IMG/VR virus record: IMGVR_UViG_3300033149_002604
Coordinates: 1 to 64,000 of that record
Direction: 5' to 3' (one strand)
Source of the DNA: a virus
Length of the DNA stretch: 64,000 bases
Of the stretch, positions 27,076 through 36,018 are shown one piece after another; position 1 is the stretch's first letter, and each line of letters starts with the position of its first letter. The translations under genes and the position numbers were made by a program. Under the pieces are notes generated by a model. The model was given only the letters and a program-made list of their open reading frames with translations. It made no database searches and had not been told where the DNA came from.

Positions 27076-27854
27076 AAAAGATAGTAATTATTTTGGGTTT
27101 GGTGGTATTTGTATTATTTAGTGGGCATCTTTTAGCAGAACCACGTTTTACTGCACCAGAAAGGGATACAGAGGAAGATATTAATACCAGTCTATCCAGA
27201 TGTCCAATTACAACAATAGTTGGGAAAGCATCGGATTGTTTAAGGTGTCATGTTGAAGGAAATTTCAAGGTTAAGGAAACAGATCCTGATGCGTTAAGAA
27301 GCTATCCAGTTTTCGGGATGTTTGTTAGGGATAACTATGGATACTATGTCATAAAGGATATAGGGGAACAGCTTGCAGATAATATGCTGAAGTTCTTCGA
27401 CTATTTAACTAGACACAATATTGATAAAGCCATTCTTGAAATTCAAAGTCCTGGTGGAAGTCTGTTTGATGCATGTAGGGTGATTGGGATTATGACAGAG
27501 TGGCAAAAAGCTAAGACTGGAAGAATCATAGAAACCAAGGTGAATGGTTTTGCTGCTTCCGCTGGTTTTCTAATTGCTACTTCAGGAACTGTCGGTTATA
27601 GGTATGCTAGTAAAGTTAGCTTGTTAATGTGGCATCAATTGTATACATTCAGCATGTTTAAGATAACCACCCCCAGCTCTTCAGAGGATGAAGCTAAGAT
27701 ACTTAGGTATATCCAAGACACAATAAATAACTGGATTGTATCTAGGTCTAAATTGACTAGGGAAGTTCTAGCTAAAAAGATAGAAAAGAAGGAATTTTGG
27801 GTAAATGGTATTGATGCAGTTAAATATGGATTTATGGATCACCTACTAGATTGA
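27072..27854 (+). CDS. ClpP-like serine protease with signal peptide/TM and a CxxCH motif
   Basis: IQSPGGSL, GFAASAG, LMWHQ, EFWV...AVKYGFMD; N-terminal hydrophobic helix; CLRCH at 27237-27251. Confidence 0.8.
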   Translation: MKKIVIILGLVVFVLFSGHLLAEPRFTAPERDTEEDINTSLSRCPITTIVGKASDCLRCHVEGNFKVKETDPDALRSYPVFGMFVRDNYGYYVIKDIGEQLADNMLKFFDYLTRHNIDKAILEIQSPGGSLFDACRVIGIMTEWQKAKTGRIIETKVNGFAASAGFLIATSGTVGYRYASKVSLLMWHQLYTFSMFKITTPSSSEDEAKILRYIQDTINNWIVSRSKLTREVLAKKIEKKEFWVNGIDAVKYGFMDHLLD

Positions 27855-27855
27855 T

Positions 27856-27933
27856 GGGCCAATAGCTCAACATTGGAAGAGCAACGGACTCCAAATCCGT
27901 AGGTTGGGGGTTCAAGTCCTCCTTGGCCTGCCA
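27856..27933 (+). tRNA. tRNA-Trp (CCA)
   Basis: Acceptor GGGCCAA/TTGGCCT-G-CCA, anticodon arm ACGGA-CTCCAAA-TCCGT, T-loop GGTTCAAGTCC. Confidence 0.93.
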
Positions 27934-27954
27934 CGAAAAGAAGGAGATGATTAG

Positions 27955-28728
27955 ATGGGTAAAAAGGTTGTTGTTATTGCAGATTTGCATTGTGGACATA
28001 GAATAGGTCTAACCCCACCCAAATACCAAAATATGTATCCAGATGCTGAATATTGTGGTCTTCAGGTAAAATTATGGAAAGAATTTGAAAGAATGGTTGA
28101 CAAAGTAAAACCAGTAGATATATTAGTAGTAAATGGGGATGCAATCGAAGGTAAAGGATACAGGTCTGGTGGAACGGAATTAATTACTACTGATAGAAAC
28201 GTTCAATGTGATATGGCAGTGGAAGTGATTAATTTTGTTGATGCTGACAGAATCTTTATGACAGCAGGTACTGGTTATCATACTGGGGATAACGAAGATT
28301 GGGAAGAACAGGTGGCTAAAAGTGTCAATGCTGAAGCGTTTAAGGACCAACTTTGGTTAAATGTTAACGATGTTATATTTGATATTAAGCATTATATAGG
28401 AAGTACAACAGTTCCATATTCACGTGGAACACAAATTTCAAAGGATCGGCTATGGAATCTTATTTGGTCAGAATACCAAGAACAGCCTAAATCAGATGTT
28501 TTGATTAGAAGTCATATTCATCAATTTTTCTTTTGTGGGGAAGATAACTGGTTAGGAATAGTAACCCCAGCTTTGCAGGGACAGGGAACCAAGTTTGGAG
28601 CTAGACGGAGAAGCAATACGGTACATTTTGGAATAATTTACTTTAATATAGAAGATGATAGAAGGTTGCAATGGGGATGGGATATAATAAGGGGTAAACA
28701 CCAGAGAGCAAAGGCTATTAAGGTATGA
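27955..28728 (+). CDS. Calcineurin-like metallophosphoesterase
   Basis: IADLHCG, NGDAIEG, GTGYH, RSHIH. Confidence 0.8.
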   Translation: MGKKVVVIADLHCGHRIGLTPPKYQNMYPDAEYCGLQVKLWKEFERMVDKVKPVDILVVNGDAIEGKGYRSGGTELITTDRNVQCDMAVEVINFVDADRIFMTAGTGYHTGDNEDWEEQVAKSVNAEAFKDQLWLNVNDVIFDIKHYIGSTTVPYSRGTQISKDRLWNLIWSEYQEQPKSDVLIRSHIHQFFFCGEDNWLGIVTPALQGQGTKFGARRRSNTVHFGIIYFNIEDDRRLQWGWDIIRGKHQRAKAIKV

Positions 28729-28949
28729 ATGTTATAACTTCAATTAAATTTAATAAAGATTATTTCAGGATTCTAGCAGAAGAAGAAGCTATGGCTTTAA
28801 GAAGATGTTGGGTATGTGGAAAAGTGAAACCTGTTTCTGAATTTTATAGAGACGGAAGTAGAAGTGGTGGGTATGATAACAAGTGTAAGGAATGTACAAG
28901 GAAGTTGAAAGAAAGAAGAAGGCTTGATGGAAGCGGACGTAGTAACTAA
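28725..28949 (+). CDS. Small Zn-finger protein
   Basis: CWVCGKVKPVSEFY...CKEC. Confidence 0.6.
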   Translation: MNVITSIKFNKDYFRILAEEEAMALRRCWVCGKVKPVSEFYRDGSRSGGYDNKCKECTRKLKERRRLDGSGRSN

Positions 28950-29139
28950 GAAAATTACAAAAGAAATTCTAGAAGCAGCTAGAATGAAACAATCAGATCC
29001 ATCTTCAGCATCCTCTGATTTGGTAGCTGCTATACATAGTCTGTGGATGGAAATAGGACTGGAACTAGGAAAGGAAATGGAAAAAATTAGATGGGAAGAG
29101 ACACATGGGAAAAAGATACATGGGAAAAACCCAAATTAG
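28924..29139 (+). CDS. Hypothetical protein
   Basis: Operon context. Confidence 0.45.
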   Translation: MMEADVVTKKITKEILEAARMKQSDPSSASSDLVAAIHSLWMEIGLELGKEMEKIRWEETHGKKIHGKNPN

Positions 29140-29254
29140 TAGAGAAAAACTGTATCACATGTGACCTTGGTGATAAACCTTTCTCTAAAATCTGCTGGGA
29201 GTGTATGACTAAGGGGAAAAGTAGATGGAGGAAGAAGAAGAAAAAAAGGCGAAA

Positions 29255-29328
29255 GCGGGTGTAATTCAGTGGTAGAATATCTGGCTGCCAGTCAGAATGT
29301 CTAGGTTCGATTCCTAGCACCCGCTCCA
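29255..29328 (+). tRNA. tRNA-Gly (GCC)
   Basis: Acceptor GCGGGTG/CACCCGC-T-CCA, anticodon arm TCTGG-CTGCCAG-TCAGA, GGTTCGATTCC. Confidence 0.93.
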
Positions 29329-29340
29329 ATGGAGGTCATT

Positions 29341-29649
29341 ATGGAAGAAGTTTATGTAAAAGAAGGTGGAAGATACAGAAAGATTGGGACAAGATGGGAA
29401 GGCTTTCCTGTGGATGGAATATGGCTGGTTTGGGATGGAACACAGAATTGTTTAGTCAAGCTAGAAGACATAAATTCCTTACCAAATAAAGACCCTTGGG
29501 ACCTTGTTACTTTGATGTCTTATAGATCTGTTGTTTCTGATGTTATATTAGATTTCAATGGAAAGGCAATTTCTGCTTGGGATTTGGCTGAAGAAATCAT
29601 TAAGGCAATTATTGAGGAAAAGAAAAGAAGAAAAAAGACTAATGGGTAA
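29341..29649 (+). CDS. Hypothetical protein
   Basis: GGAGGT RBS before ATG 29341. Confidence 0.65.
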   Translation: MEEVYVKEGGRYRKIGTRWEGFPVDGIWLVWDGTQNCLVKLEDINSLPNKDPWDLVTLMSYRSVVSDVILDFNGKAISAWDLAEEIIKAIIEEKKRRKKTNG

Positions 29650-29658
29650 GGAGATTTA

Positions 29659-29826
29659 ATGTTTCCTAAAATAGCCTTAATTTTGCTTTTTATTCTTTGT
29701 ATGCTTGTTGCTATATTTTGCCTCCACGCCGGATCGGTTGCGCCGAATGAGTTTGCAAGGGCTGCTTCTTATGGATTTGGGGGTTTCTGTCTTGGTGTAC
29801 TTTGTGTAATGTTAATTTCAAAGTAG
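29659..29826 (+). CDS. 55-aa two-TM membrane protein
   Basis: Hand translation MFPKIALILLFILCMLVAIF...LCVMLISK*; RBS AAGGAG. Confidence 0.55.
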   Translation: MFPKIALILLFILCMLVAIFCLHAGSVAPNEFARAASYGFGGFCLGVLCVMLISK

Positions 29827-29829
29827 GGG

Positions 29830-30018
29830 ATGATCATGTTAACTGACGCAATGTTCAGTATGAGAAGGGAATTTTATGAACAAAGCAAAAAAGAGGCAAT
29901 CACCAAGAACAAATGGTGTAGGGATTGCATGTTCTTAGATGATTGCCTTAAAAATGAAATTCAGTTTTCAAGTTGCCCAATTATGTCATTAAATTTACAA
30001 CTTTCCCAAGAAGATTAG
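29830..30018 (+). CDS. Small Cys-containing protein; last gene of the + strand arm
   Basis: CRDC...C...CP. Confidence 0.5.
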   Translation: MIMLTDAMFSMRREFYEQSKKEAITKNKWCRDCMFLDDCLKNEIQFSSCPIMSLNLQLSQED

Positions 30019-30574
30019 ATTGTTCCTTCAATGTTGGGTTTCTTTTATCCACAGTTCTTGCAGTTGTATATCCAAGGTATGCTGCACAAAATAGACTGAA
30101 TAAGTATTTTCCTATTGGAAGCAACACTGAAGTCAATGTTTCGATATTTGTGCTTCCTAAAGCAATGGAAAGAAAAATCAGAACTGGTGCGAGTATTGTA
30201 TAGACAGCTACCAATCCGAATAATTCCCTTAATATTTTCGGCCTTGTCCTTCTGACATATTCATCAGATGACTGAATATAAACCTTATTCAATTCCCTCT
30301 GGTTGGCTATATCACTATATTCCAGTTTCTTTTCTTCTAAAAGAATTCTTGCCATTTCTTCTTCATGGCTTGCAAATATCTTTTGTAGTTCTACCTGCTG
30401 TGCTGGGGATATATTCCCTTTCTGGATTGTATCTAGAATACCTTTAGCTAAATCTGCTGCTTCTTCTATCTTTTTTGGTGCACTTTTTCCAAATAGATTA
30501 GCAACAGATTCCCACAATGCAGGTAATTTTGGCAATAGTGATAAACCAGTTGCAATTAATGCTGGAATTGGCAT
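29981..30574 (-). CDS. Holin (3TM / GTA-holin-like)
   Basis: SSDEYVRRTRP followed by TM helices and YLGYTTARTVDK; adjacent to endolysin. Confidence 0.75.
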   Translation of the reverse strand: MPIPALIATGLSLLPKLPALWESVANLFGKSAPKKIEEAADLAKGILDTIQKGNISPAQQVELQKIFASHEEEMARILLEEKKLEYSDIANQRELNKVYIQSSDEYVRRTRPKILRELFGLVAVYTILAPVLIFLSIALGSTNIETLTSVLLPIGKYLFSLFCAAYLGYTTARTVDKRNPTLKEQSNLLGKVVNLMT

Positions 30575-30596
30575 GGTATCAACCTCTCTCCCTCTT

Positions 30597-31037
30597 TCAT
30601 TGTAATAAATAAATATATTTACCTTTTTCCCTTTTCCATCTTTGGGTTTTGGATCTTGGACGTAGGTCTAGGTGGAATCCAATCGGAAGTAATTTTCCAT
30701 TCCAGTACCAATCAAAATAAACCCCAAGTCCAGGAAATCCCAATTTTGAAACTTTGTAATATTGTTCCCTAGCAGATTTGTTGGTTGCAAAATGAAAGTC
30801 AACGGCCTTTGCCCCATTTTTTAACAGATGATAGCTATTTTTTGCATGTCCATATGTTCCATCAACATCCACACAACCACCAACCTGCCAATGGGTAATT
30901 ATAGGCCAGCCTGTTTCATGTCGTAACTTGTCTAACATAAAAAGTAAAATTCCATCTATGTTTTCCCCCGATCCTGGATAGTTAGGATCGTCAAACTCTT
31001 CTCTTTTGAAGTATCTAACTTTATTCCAATTAATCAA
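30597..31037 (-). CDS. Endolysin, peptidase M15-type
   Basis: [17 protein letters not shown]...AVDF, GLGVY, FHLDLR. Confidence 0.8.
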   Translation of the reverse strand: MINWNKVRYFKREEFDDPNYPGSGENIDGILLFMLDKLRHETGWPIITHWQVGGCVDVDGTYGHAKNSYHLLKNGAKAVDFHFATNKSAREQYYKVSKLGFPGLGVYFDWYWNGKLLPIGFHLDLRPRSKTQRWKREKGKYIYLLQ

Positions 31038-31052
31038 CTAAACTCCCCCCAA

Positions 31053-31796
31053 TTAAATGGTTGCAGTTAAAAGGGTTCCTGTATTAGAAACTGTTATTCT
31101 CCATCTATTTCCATCAGGTGACTTTAGTATCAATCCATAATTTGACGCCAGTACTTCTATATCTTGTGAGGCAGTGATAGCATTTACGTTGGCGTTATAT
31201 AATTTTTCGTCTACCATACGTATAGATTTTGTAAATATATGTTGGAAATTAAGATCACTTACAGACATTTCAGGGAAACTGTAATTAGGAGTGTAATCAG
31301 TAACTATCTGATAGGACATATTGCTTAACGTGTCACCAGAATAGTAACTTGCTGTTACATTGATACTGGCATTATGGGTAGCTGCCATGTTTATTGACCA
31401 GCTACCTGTGTCATAATCTACTGTTCCGCTTCCAGTTGGGGTTCCAGTTAAATTTCCTGCCCCGTCATCGTGGTAGACTTCGTATGATGCATTTATGGTA
31501 ACGTAGTTCTGTATAACTGGTGTGTGGGCTAGTGTTCCAGAATAGATGGTTGTTCCAACATTTGTAGTAGCAATATGTTCATTAGTTCTTGCAGTTTGGT
31601 AGTCAGAATTGTAATACCTAGAACTTAAGATTAGTCGGGTAGCAGATTGAACAGCAGCAACTTCATAAAAAGCCGAATCTTGGTTCAATTTGAACAGATT
31701 GCCAGTGGAAACATATGTGTTGAATTCCGTATTATTTCCAACTACTTTGGAACTTCCATTGTCTATAGTTACTGATCCTGTTTTATAGGAAGCCAT
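31053..31796 (-). CDS. Tail fibre / virion structural protein
   Basis: MASYKTGSVTI...VVGNNTEF N-terminus; GLILKSPDGNRWRITVSNTG C-terminus. Confidence 0.6.
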   Translation of the reverse strand: MASYKTGSVTIDNGSSKVVGNNTEFNTYVSTGNLFKLNQDSAFYEVAAVQSATRLILSSRYYNSDYQTARTNEHIATTNVGTTIYSGTLAHTPVIQNYVTINASYEVYHDDGAGNLTGTPTGSGTVDYDTGSWSINMAATHNASINVTASYYSGDTLSNMSYQIVTDYTPNYSFPEMSVSDLNFQHIFTKSIRMVDEKLYNANVNAITASQDIEVLASNYGLILKSPDGNRWRITVSNTGTLLTATI

Positions 31797-31802
31797 ACGT
31801 TA

Positions 31803-32156
31803 TCACTCCTGTTTAGATTTTTCATCTAATAGAAGACGGGACCTTATCATTTTGTCCCCTATCTTCTTCAATATTTTCTCTGTTTTTGGATCTTCATTTA
31901 TGGCATAAATCATTCCCAGAAAACCAGATGCTATTGTTTCTTTTATTTCTAAGTCATCAATATTCTTTTGATTCCTTGCACTTTCAATTGCAGCTTGTAA
32001 CCTTATGTTTCCATTTTCTATTCTTAGTAAGGATTCCAAGATTGCTTTGAGAACACATACATCAAAGGTCTTTACTTCAGATCCATTTTGCATTGTCAGT
32101 TGGGTTAATAGTCCACATTTTTTACCTTTTCTTTCACATTGACCATCACAAAACAT
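31803..32156 (-). CDS. Hypothetical protein (tail-fibre-associated)
   Basis: RBS AGGAG; Cys-containing N-terminus. Confidence 0.55.
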   Translation of the reverse strand: MFCDGQCERKGKKCGLLTQLTMQNGSEVKTFDVCVLKAILESLLRIENGNIRLQAAIESARNQKNIDDLEIKETIASGFLGMIYAINEDPKTEKILKKIGDKMIRSRLLLDEKSKQE

Positions 32157-32169
32157 AGTTTACTCCTAT

Positions 32170-32766
32170 TTAAGATTTTTCTACTATGATTCCAACGGTT
32201 GCGTAGGGACGCCAAGTGTTGGCAGTTGCTGAGCTACCTGTTGTGCCTCCACCATCAGTTCCATATGTCCGATATGAAGGTACTGTCCAAGAACCTGTAG
32301 AACCAACACCATAACCACGCTCAACAACAATATCTGCTCCAATACGTTGATCTTGATCTGCATAAAGACCATAATCACCATCCGGCCAGCCAAACGGCAA
32401 ATCATGCCAATGGTTTGGTGTAGTGTGGGTATGATCAGGTTGAGTCCATGTTCCTGCTGTATTTCCACCGGTTGTATTATATGCTTGTGTTCCACCTTTA
32501 ACAGCAAGAACAGCATCTGTTACAGATACGATTGTCCAACCGGTAGGTGCAGTATCTTCATATAACCACAGCTTTCTTCCTGATACAAAAAAGTTATTTA
32601 CTTTATAATCAATGGAATTGGTATCCCCACTACTATCTATACCAAGCTTTGTCTCTAACGCTTCAATTGCATCCTGCACGTCATTTATATGGATAGCTTG
32701 TGGATAATCTACACCATCCTGTTTATCAGTAAAAGAATCCAAACTTGTAGGATATGATATAGCCAT
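32170..32766 (-). CDS. Tail fibre / collar-domain protein
   Basis: YPTSLDSF...HINDVQDAIEALETKLG; APTGW; HTHTTPNHWH; TWRP. Confidence 0.65.
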   Translation of the reverse strand: MAISYPTSLDSFTDKQDGVDYPQAIHINDVQDAIEALETKLGIDSSGDTNSIDYKVNNFFVSGRKLWLYEDTAPTGWTIVSVTDAVLAVKGGTQAYNTTGGNTAGTWTQPDHTHTTPNHWHDLPFGWPDGDYGLYADQDQRIGADIVVERGYGVGSTGSWTVPSYRTYGTDGGGTTGSSATANTWRPYATVGIIVEKS

Positions 32767-32770
32767 ATTT

Positions 32771-32992
32771 TCACCTCGTATTCTTTAGTGAAGAGTAATT
32801 TCCCAATTTGTTCTTCAATTCAGAAAGTGGGATATTTTTTGTTAATTTTATATAGTAATTTCTCAGATGACTTCTAGCCCAAGATTCTACTATTCCTGAA
32901 GCATATTGTTCGATAGTCATATTATTCTTCTTTGCTATATCACTTAATATACTTAAAATGTCTTCATCATTGATAGTTATTGTGATATTCAT
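32771..32992 (-). CDS. Small hypothetical protein
   Basis: AAGGAG RBS before ATG 32992. Confidence 0.5.
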   Translation of the reverse strand: MNITITINDEDILSILSDIAKKNNMTIEQYASGIVESWARSHLRNYYIKLTKNIPLSELKNKLGNYSSLKNTR

Positions 32993-33003
32993 TTTTGGCT
33001 CCT

Positions 33004-34605
33004 TTAATTTCCTATTGCTATCCAATGGAATTTAGCTGTTCCAGTTGTACCAACTCCTTGTACATTGAAGTCAAAGTCAAAACCAGTTGTTGATGGTGGT
33101 GATGTCTTCTTGAATCTAAGACTTCTTATATCAAAATCCCCCGTTCCTGAGTTGTCAAATGAAATATTGGCAGCAAATACATTATTTGGAAACTGTAGGG
33201 GAAATACTACCGATGCTGTGACCCAAGCGGGTGGAGTTACTGATATTGTTCCAGTTTCCTGTACTCCCCACTGAAGAATTAAGCCTCCAGGAAGCTTTTG
33301 ATACCCATTCGTATGCTGTGAAGCCGTAAAATCTGCATCTAATCCCCTTACCAAATCTGCATCTAAACCACTCCCACTACCATCTACACTCTTTACTTTG
33401 TTTAAAACATCAGTTGCTTCAACGTTATTCATATCTGCATAAGCTAGTGCCGAGAAAACACCAGGAGTTCCACCAGATGTGCAGACTTTAAATTCCCCAC
33501 CAGAATAGCAGGTGTCTCCATCTTCTGCTTCCCCAGTGGGATCTGAACTTCTATCATAGAAATGGAAATCTGCAACTGATTGTTCTTCATTTATATAAAA
33601 TGGAATTGATTTTACGGGATGAAGGACATAAGCTAAAACCCCAGAACCGTATTTTCTTGTACTATCTCCATACGTGTGGCTTGAATCTCCATATGTAAAC
33701 GTTGTCGCCCCCGTTTCTAGCCGTAACCCATCAGAATCCATTGATACTCGTTGACCAGAAGTAGCAGTTCTTATGTCAACCCCAACTATATCTCCAGCTA
33801 TTACTTGACCCAAATTAGCACTTAGGGCTGATAAACTGGGAGTGTAAATTTGAGAAGCCTGAACAGCATTGGCAGCAATATGGGTAGTTTGGATTACACC
33901 ACTTTGGATGTGTGAAGCATTTATAGTATTGGTATCAATGTGTGAAGCCTGTACAGCCCCTGCTGAGATGTGAGAGGATATAATTGCTCCACTTTGAATT
34001 TGGGATGCATGAACAGCGTCTGCTGCTAATTGAACGGTAGTGATAGATTGGGTGTAGATTTGGCCACCATTGATGTAAGTAGTGTCTGATGAATGTGCCC
34101 ACCCTGCAACGTTTCCAGACGGAATTGATGCAACATAACTTGTATTGTTTGCTGTGTGGCTAGCTGTAACATCAGCACCTGATTCTGCTGCAAACTTATT
34201 TGTAGTACCTTCTGGTATGTCATCAGCATTTCCGTTTATTGAAGCTAGGTGAAAGTCGTTGGCAGCATTGGTCAGTGTAATACTGTTAGCATATATTTTA
34301 CCACCATGAATATATGTCGTATCTGATGGATGTGCCCAGCCCGATACATGATTAGATGGTAAACCATTAACATTAGATGTATCATTGGCGGTATGGTTGG
34401 CTGTTACATCAGCATTGTCTTCCGGCTTATTTGATCCCGTTACTGAATCCCAAGGCACATCGGAATTTGTGGCAGTAATTGTTATACTACCTTTTATAAC
34501 AAGACCACTAGCTTCTGTATATTCTACATAATTGCCACCTTTTGTAGTGTCTCCAATCAGAAATCCATTTGAATGATATTCTGCAAGAAGTGTTATTTGT
34601 ACCAA
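33004..34605 (-). CDS. Tail fibre protein, C-terminal part (10-aa beta-helix repeats, gp53-like C-terminal domain)
   Basis: AVQASHIDTN-type repeats, GSGSGLDADL, NGYQKLPGGLILQWG; probably continuous with 34508-36016. Confidence 0.75.
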   Translation of the reverse strand: MVQITLLAEYHSNGFLIGDTTKGGNYVEYTEASGLVIKGSITITATNSDVPWDSVTGSNKPEDNADVTANHTANDTSNVNGLPSNHVSGWAHPSDTTYIHGGKIYANSITLTNAANDFHLASINGNADDIPEGTTNKFAAESGADVTASHTANNTSYVASIPSGNVAGWAHSSDTTYINGGQIYTQSITTVQLAADAVHASQIQSGAIISSHISAGAVQASHIDTNTINASHIQSGVIQTTHIAANAVQASQIYTPSLSALSANLGQVIAGDIVGVDIRTATSGQRVSMDSDGLRLETGATTFTYGDSSHTYGDSTRKYGSGVLAYVLHPVKSIPFYINEEQSVADFHFYDRSSDPTGEAEDGDTCYSGGEFKVCTSGGTPGVFSALAYADMNNVEATDVLNKVKSVDGSGSGLDADLVRGLDADFTASQHTNGYQKLPGGLILQWGVQETGTISVTPPAWVTASVVFPLQFPNNVFAANISFDNSGTGDFDIRSLRFKKTSPPSTTGFDFDFNVQGVGTTGTAKFHWIAIGN

Positions 34606-36016
34606 GTCTCAATATCTCATTATCAGATGAATCCAAAATCTTATATGCAGCATCATGTTTGATAATCCAGTCACCTGAAAAATATGTTGCATTTCCATCT
34701 ATTTTAAGATGGTCTCCTGGTGCAGCATAAAATCCATAATCATCTGATCCCCACTGTTCAGATGGGCTAGCATTTTTAGTTAGGCCATTCAAATAGCCCA
34801 TCACAACTTTTTCGTTGTTTGCTGCATCAAAAACGGAAATTCTATCTTTAGACTCGTTTAGCTCTATCCTTCTTCCAGAACTAGATGATCTTAATTTAGT
34901 TGCTGTTATTTCCCATCCAGCAATGTTTCCACCATCTGCCTGCAAATTAGAAACATTTAAAGAACCAGACGTAGTTAATTCGGTGTTTGTTCCTTTCCAG
35001 CTTATATTTGTTCCATCGTATTTGAAATATTTATTTGAACCGTTACCAGCATAGAATCTAGGAGAGCCAGAATTGTAATCAAGCTGAATTCCAGAAGAAC
35101 CAAATGAAGAATTGTTTATGGTTATTCTTTTGTTAGATGACGTTAAAACTATATCTGTTCCTGATTTTAGTTGTGATGCAGTTATATCCCAACCTGCAAT
35201 CTTGCCACCATTAGCTTGTAAGTTACTTACATTTAGAGAACCGGATGTAGTGAGTTCTGCATTAGTTCCTTTCCAGCTTATGTCTGTTCCATCATATTTG
35301 AAGAATTTATCATTACCGTTGCCAGTGTAGAATCTAGGAGAACCTGTATTATATTCAAGCTGTATTCCATCCTGTCCGAATGTTGTTGAATTTATTGTTA
35401 CTTTCTTGTTTGAAGAATCAAATACTATGCCACCGCTTGCTATTACATCCCCAGTAAAATAGAACCCCGCTATCTGCTGTGTAGAAGCGCTTAGTTCAAA
35501 GATTACATTTGAACTGTCATCATATCCTTTTATGCCGAAAGTATTACCTAAATCACCTATCTTTATTCTATCTTTACCACCAGAAGATACTGTGATGATT
35601 GGTGGGGAATTAAATTCATCTGTAATAGTTAAACTACCTGAAATGATTTCATCAGCTACAAAGGCAGTTGAAGGTTTGAATTCATAAATTTGTGTTGGGG
35701 CGTTATTAGTATCATCTATGTAAACCCGAACATATTTTGCCAATTCAGGTGTAGGAAGAACTGCAATGATCCTGTTATTTGAATCTGGTGTAGCTAGCCA
35801 GTAATTAGTTTGTGCACTAGATTCTGAATTCCCCCTGTTCACTAAAGTAGAACCAGCACCCAGTCCATGTGAAGCTGTACCAGAAAAGTATGTCCAATCA
35901 TCTGTATCTTTATCTTTTAAAGCAAAATAAAGTCTACAAGATGAATCTACCCAAAGAATCATCTTTTCAAACTGTTGTTCAATTGGGTATTGGTATTGTA
36001 TCCACTGGAAGGCCAT
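34508..36016 (-). CDS. Tail fibre/spike protein, N-terminal part with a 92-aa tandem duplication
   Basis: Two copies of GIQLxYNxGSPRFYxGNG...GGxIAGWxITA, 276 nt apart. Confidence 0.7.
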   Translation of the reverse strand: MAFQWIQYQYPIEQQFEKMILWVDSSCRLYFALKDKDTDDWTYFSGTASHGLGAGSTLVNRGNSESSAQTNYWLATPDSNNRIIAVLPTPELAKYVRVYIDDTNNAPTQIYEFKPSTAFVADEIISGSLTITDEFNSPPIITVSSGGKDRIKIGDLGNTFGIKGYDDSSNVIFELSASTQQIAGFYFTGDVIASGGIVFDSSNKKVTINSTTFGQDGIQLEYNTGSPRFYTGNGNDKFFKYDGTDISWKGTNAELTTSGSLNVSNLQANGGKIAGWDITASQLKSGTDIVLTSSNKRITINNSSFGSSGIQLDYNSGSPRFYAGNGSNKYFKYDGTNISWKGTNTELTTSGSLNVSNLQADGGNIAGWEITATKLRSSSSGRRIELNESKDRISVFDAANNEKVVMGYLNGLTKNASPSEQWGSDDYGFYAAPGDHLKIDGNATYFSGDWIIKHDAAYKILDSSDNEILRLGTNNTSCRISFKWISDWRHYKRWQLCRIYRS

Positions 36017-36018
36017 AC

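Noticed and set aside
29087-29329. Minus-strand ORF MERVLGIEPRHSDWQP
   Set aside because: Antisense translation of tRNA-Gly.
31053-36016. Diversity-generating retroelement acting on the tail fibres
   Set aside because: No reverse transcriptase in the window, and the repeats are in-frame coding duplications rather than an adenine-specific TR/VR pair.
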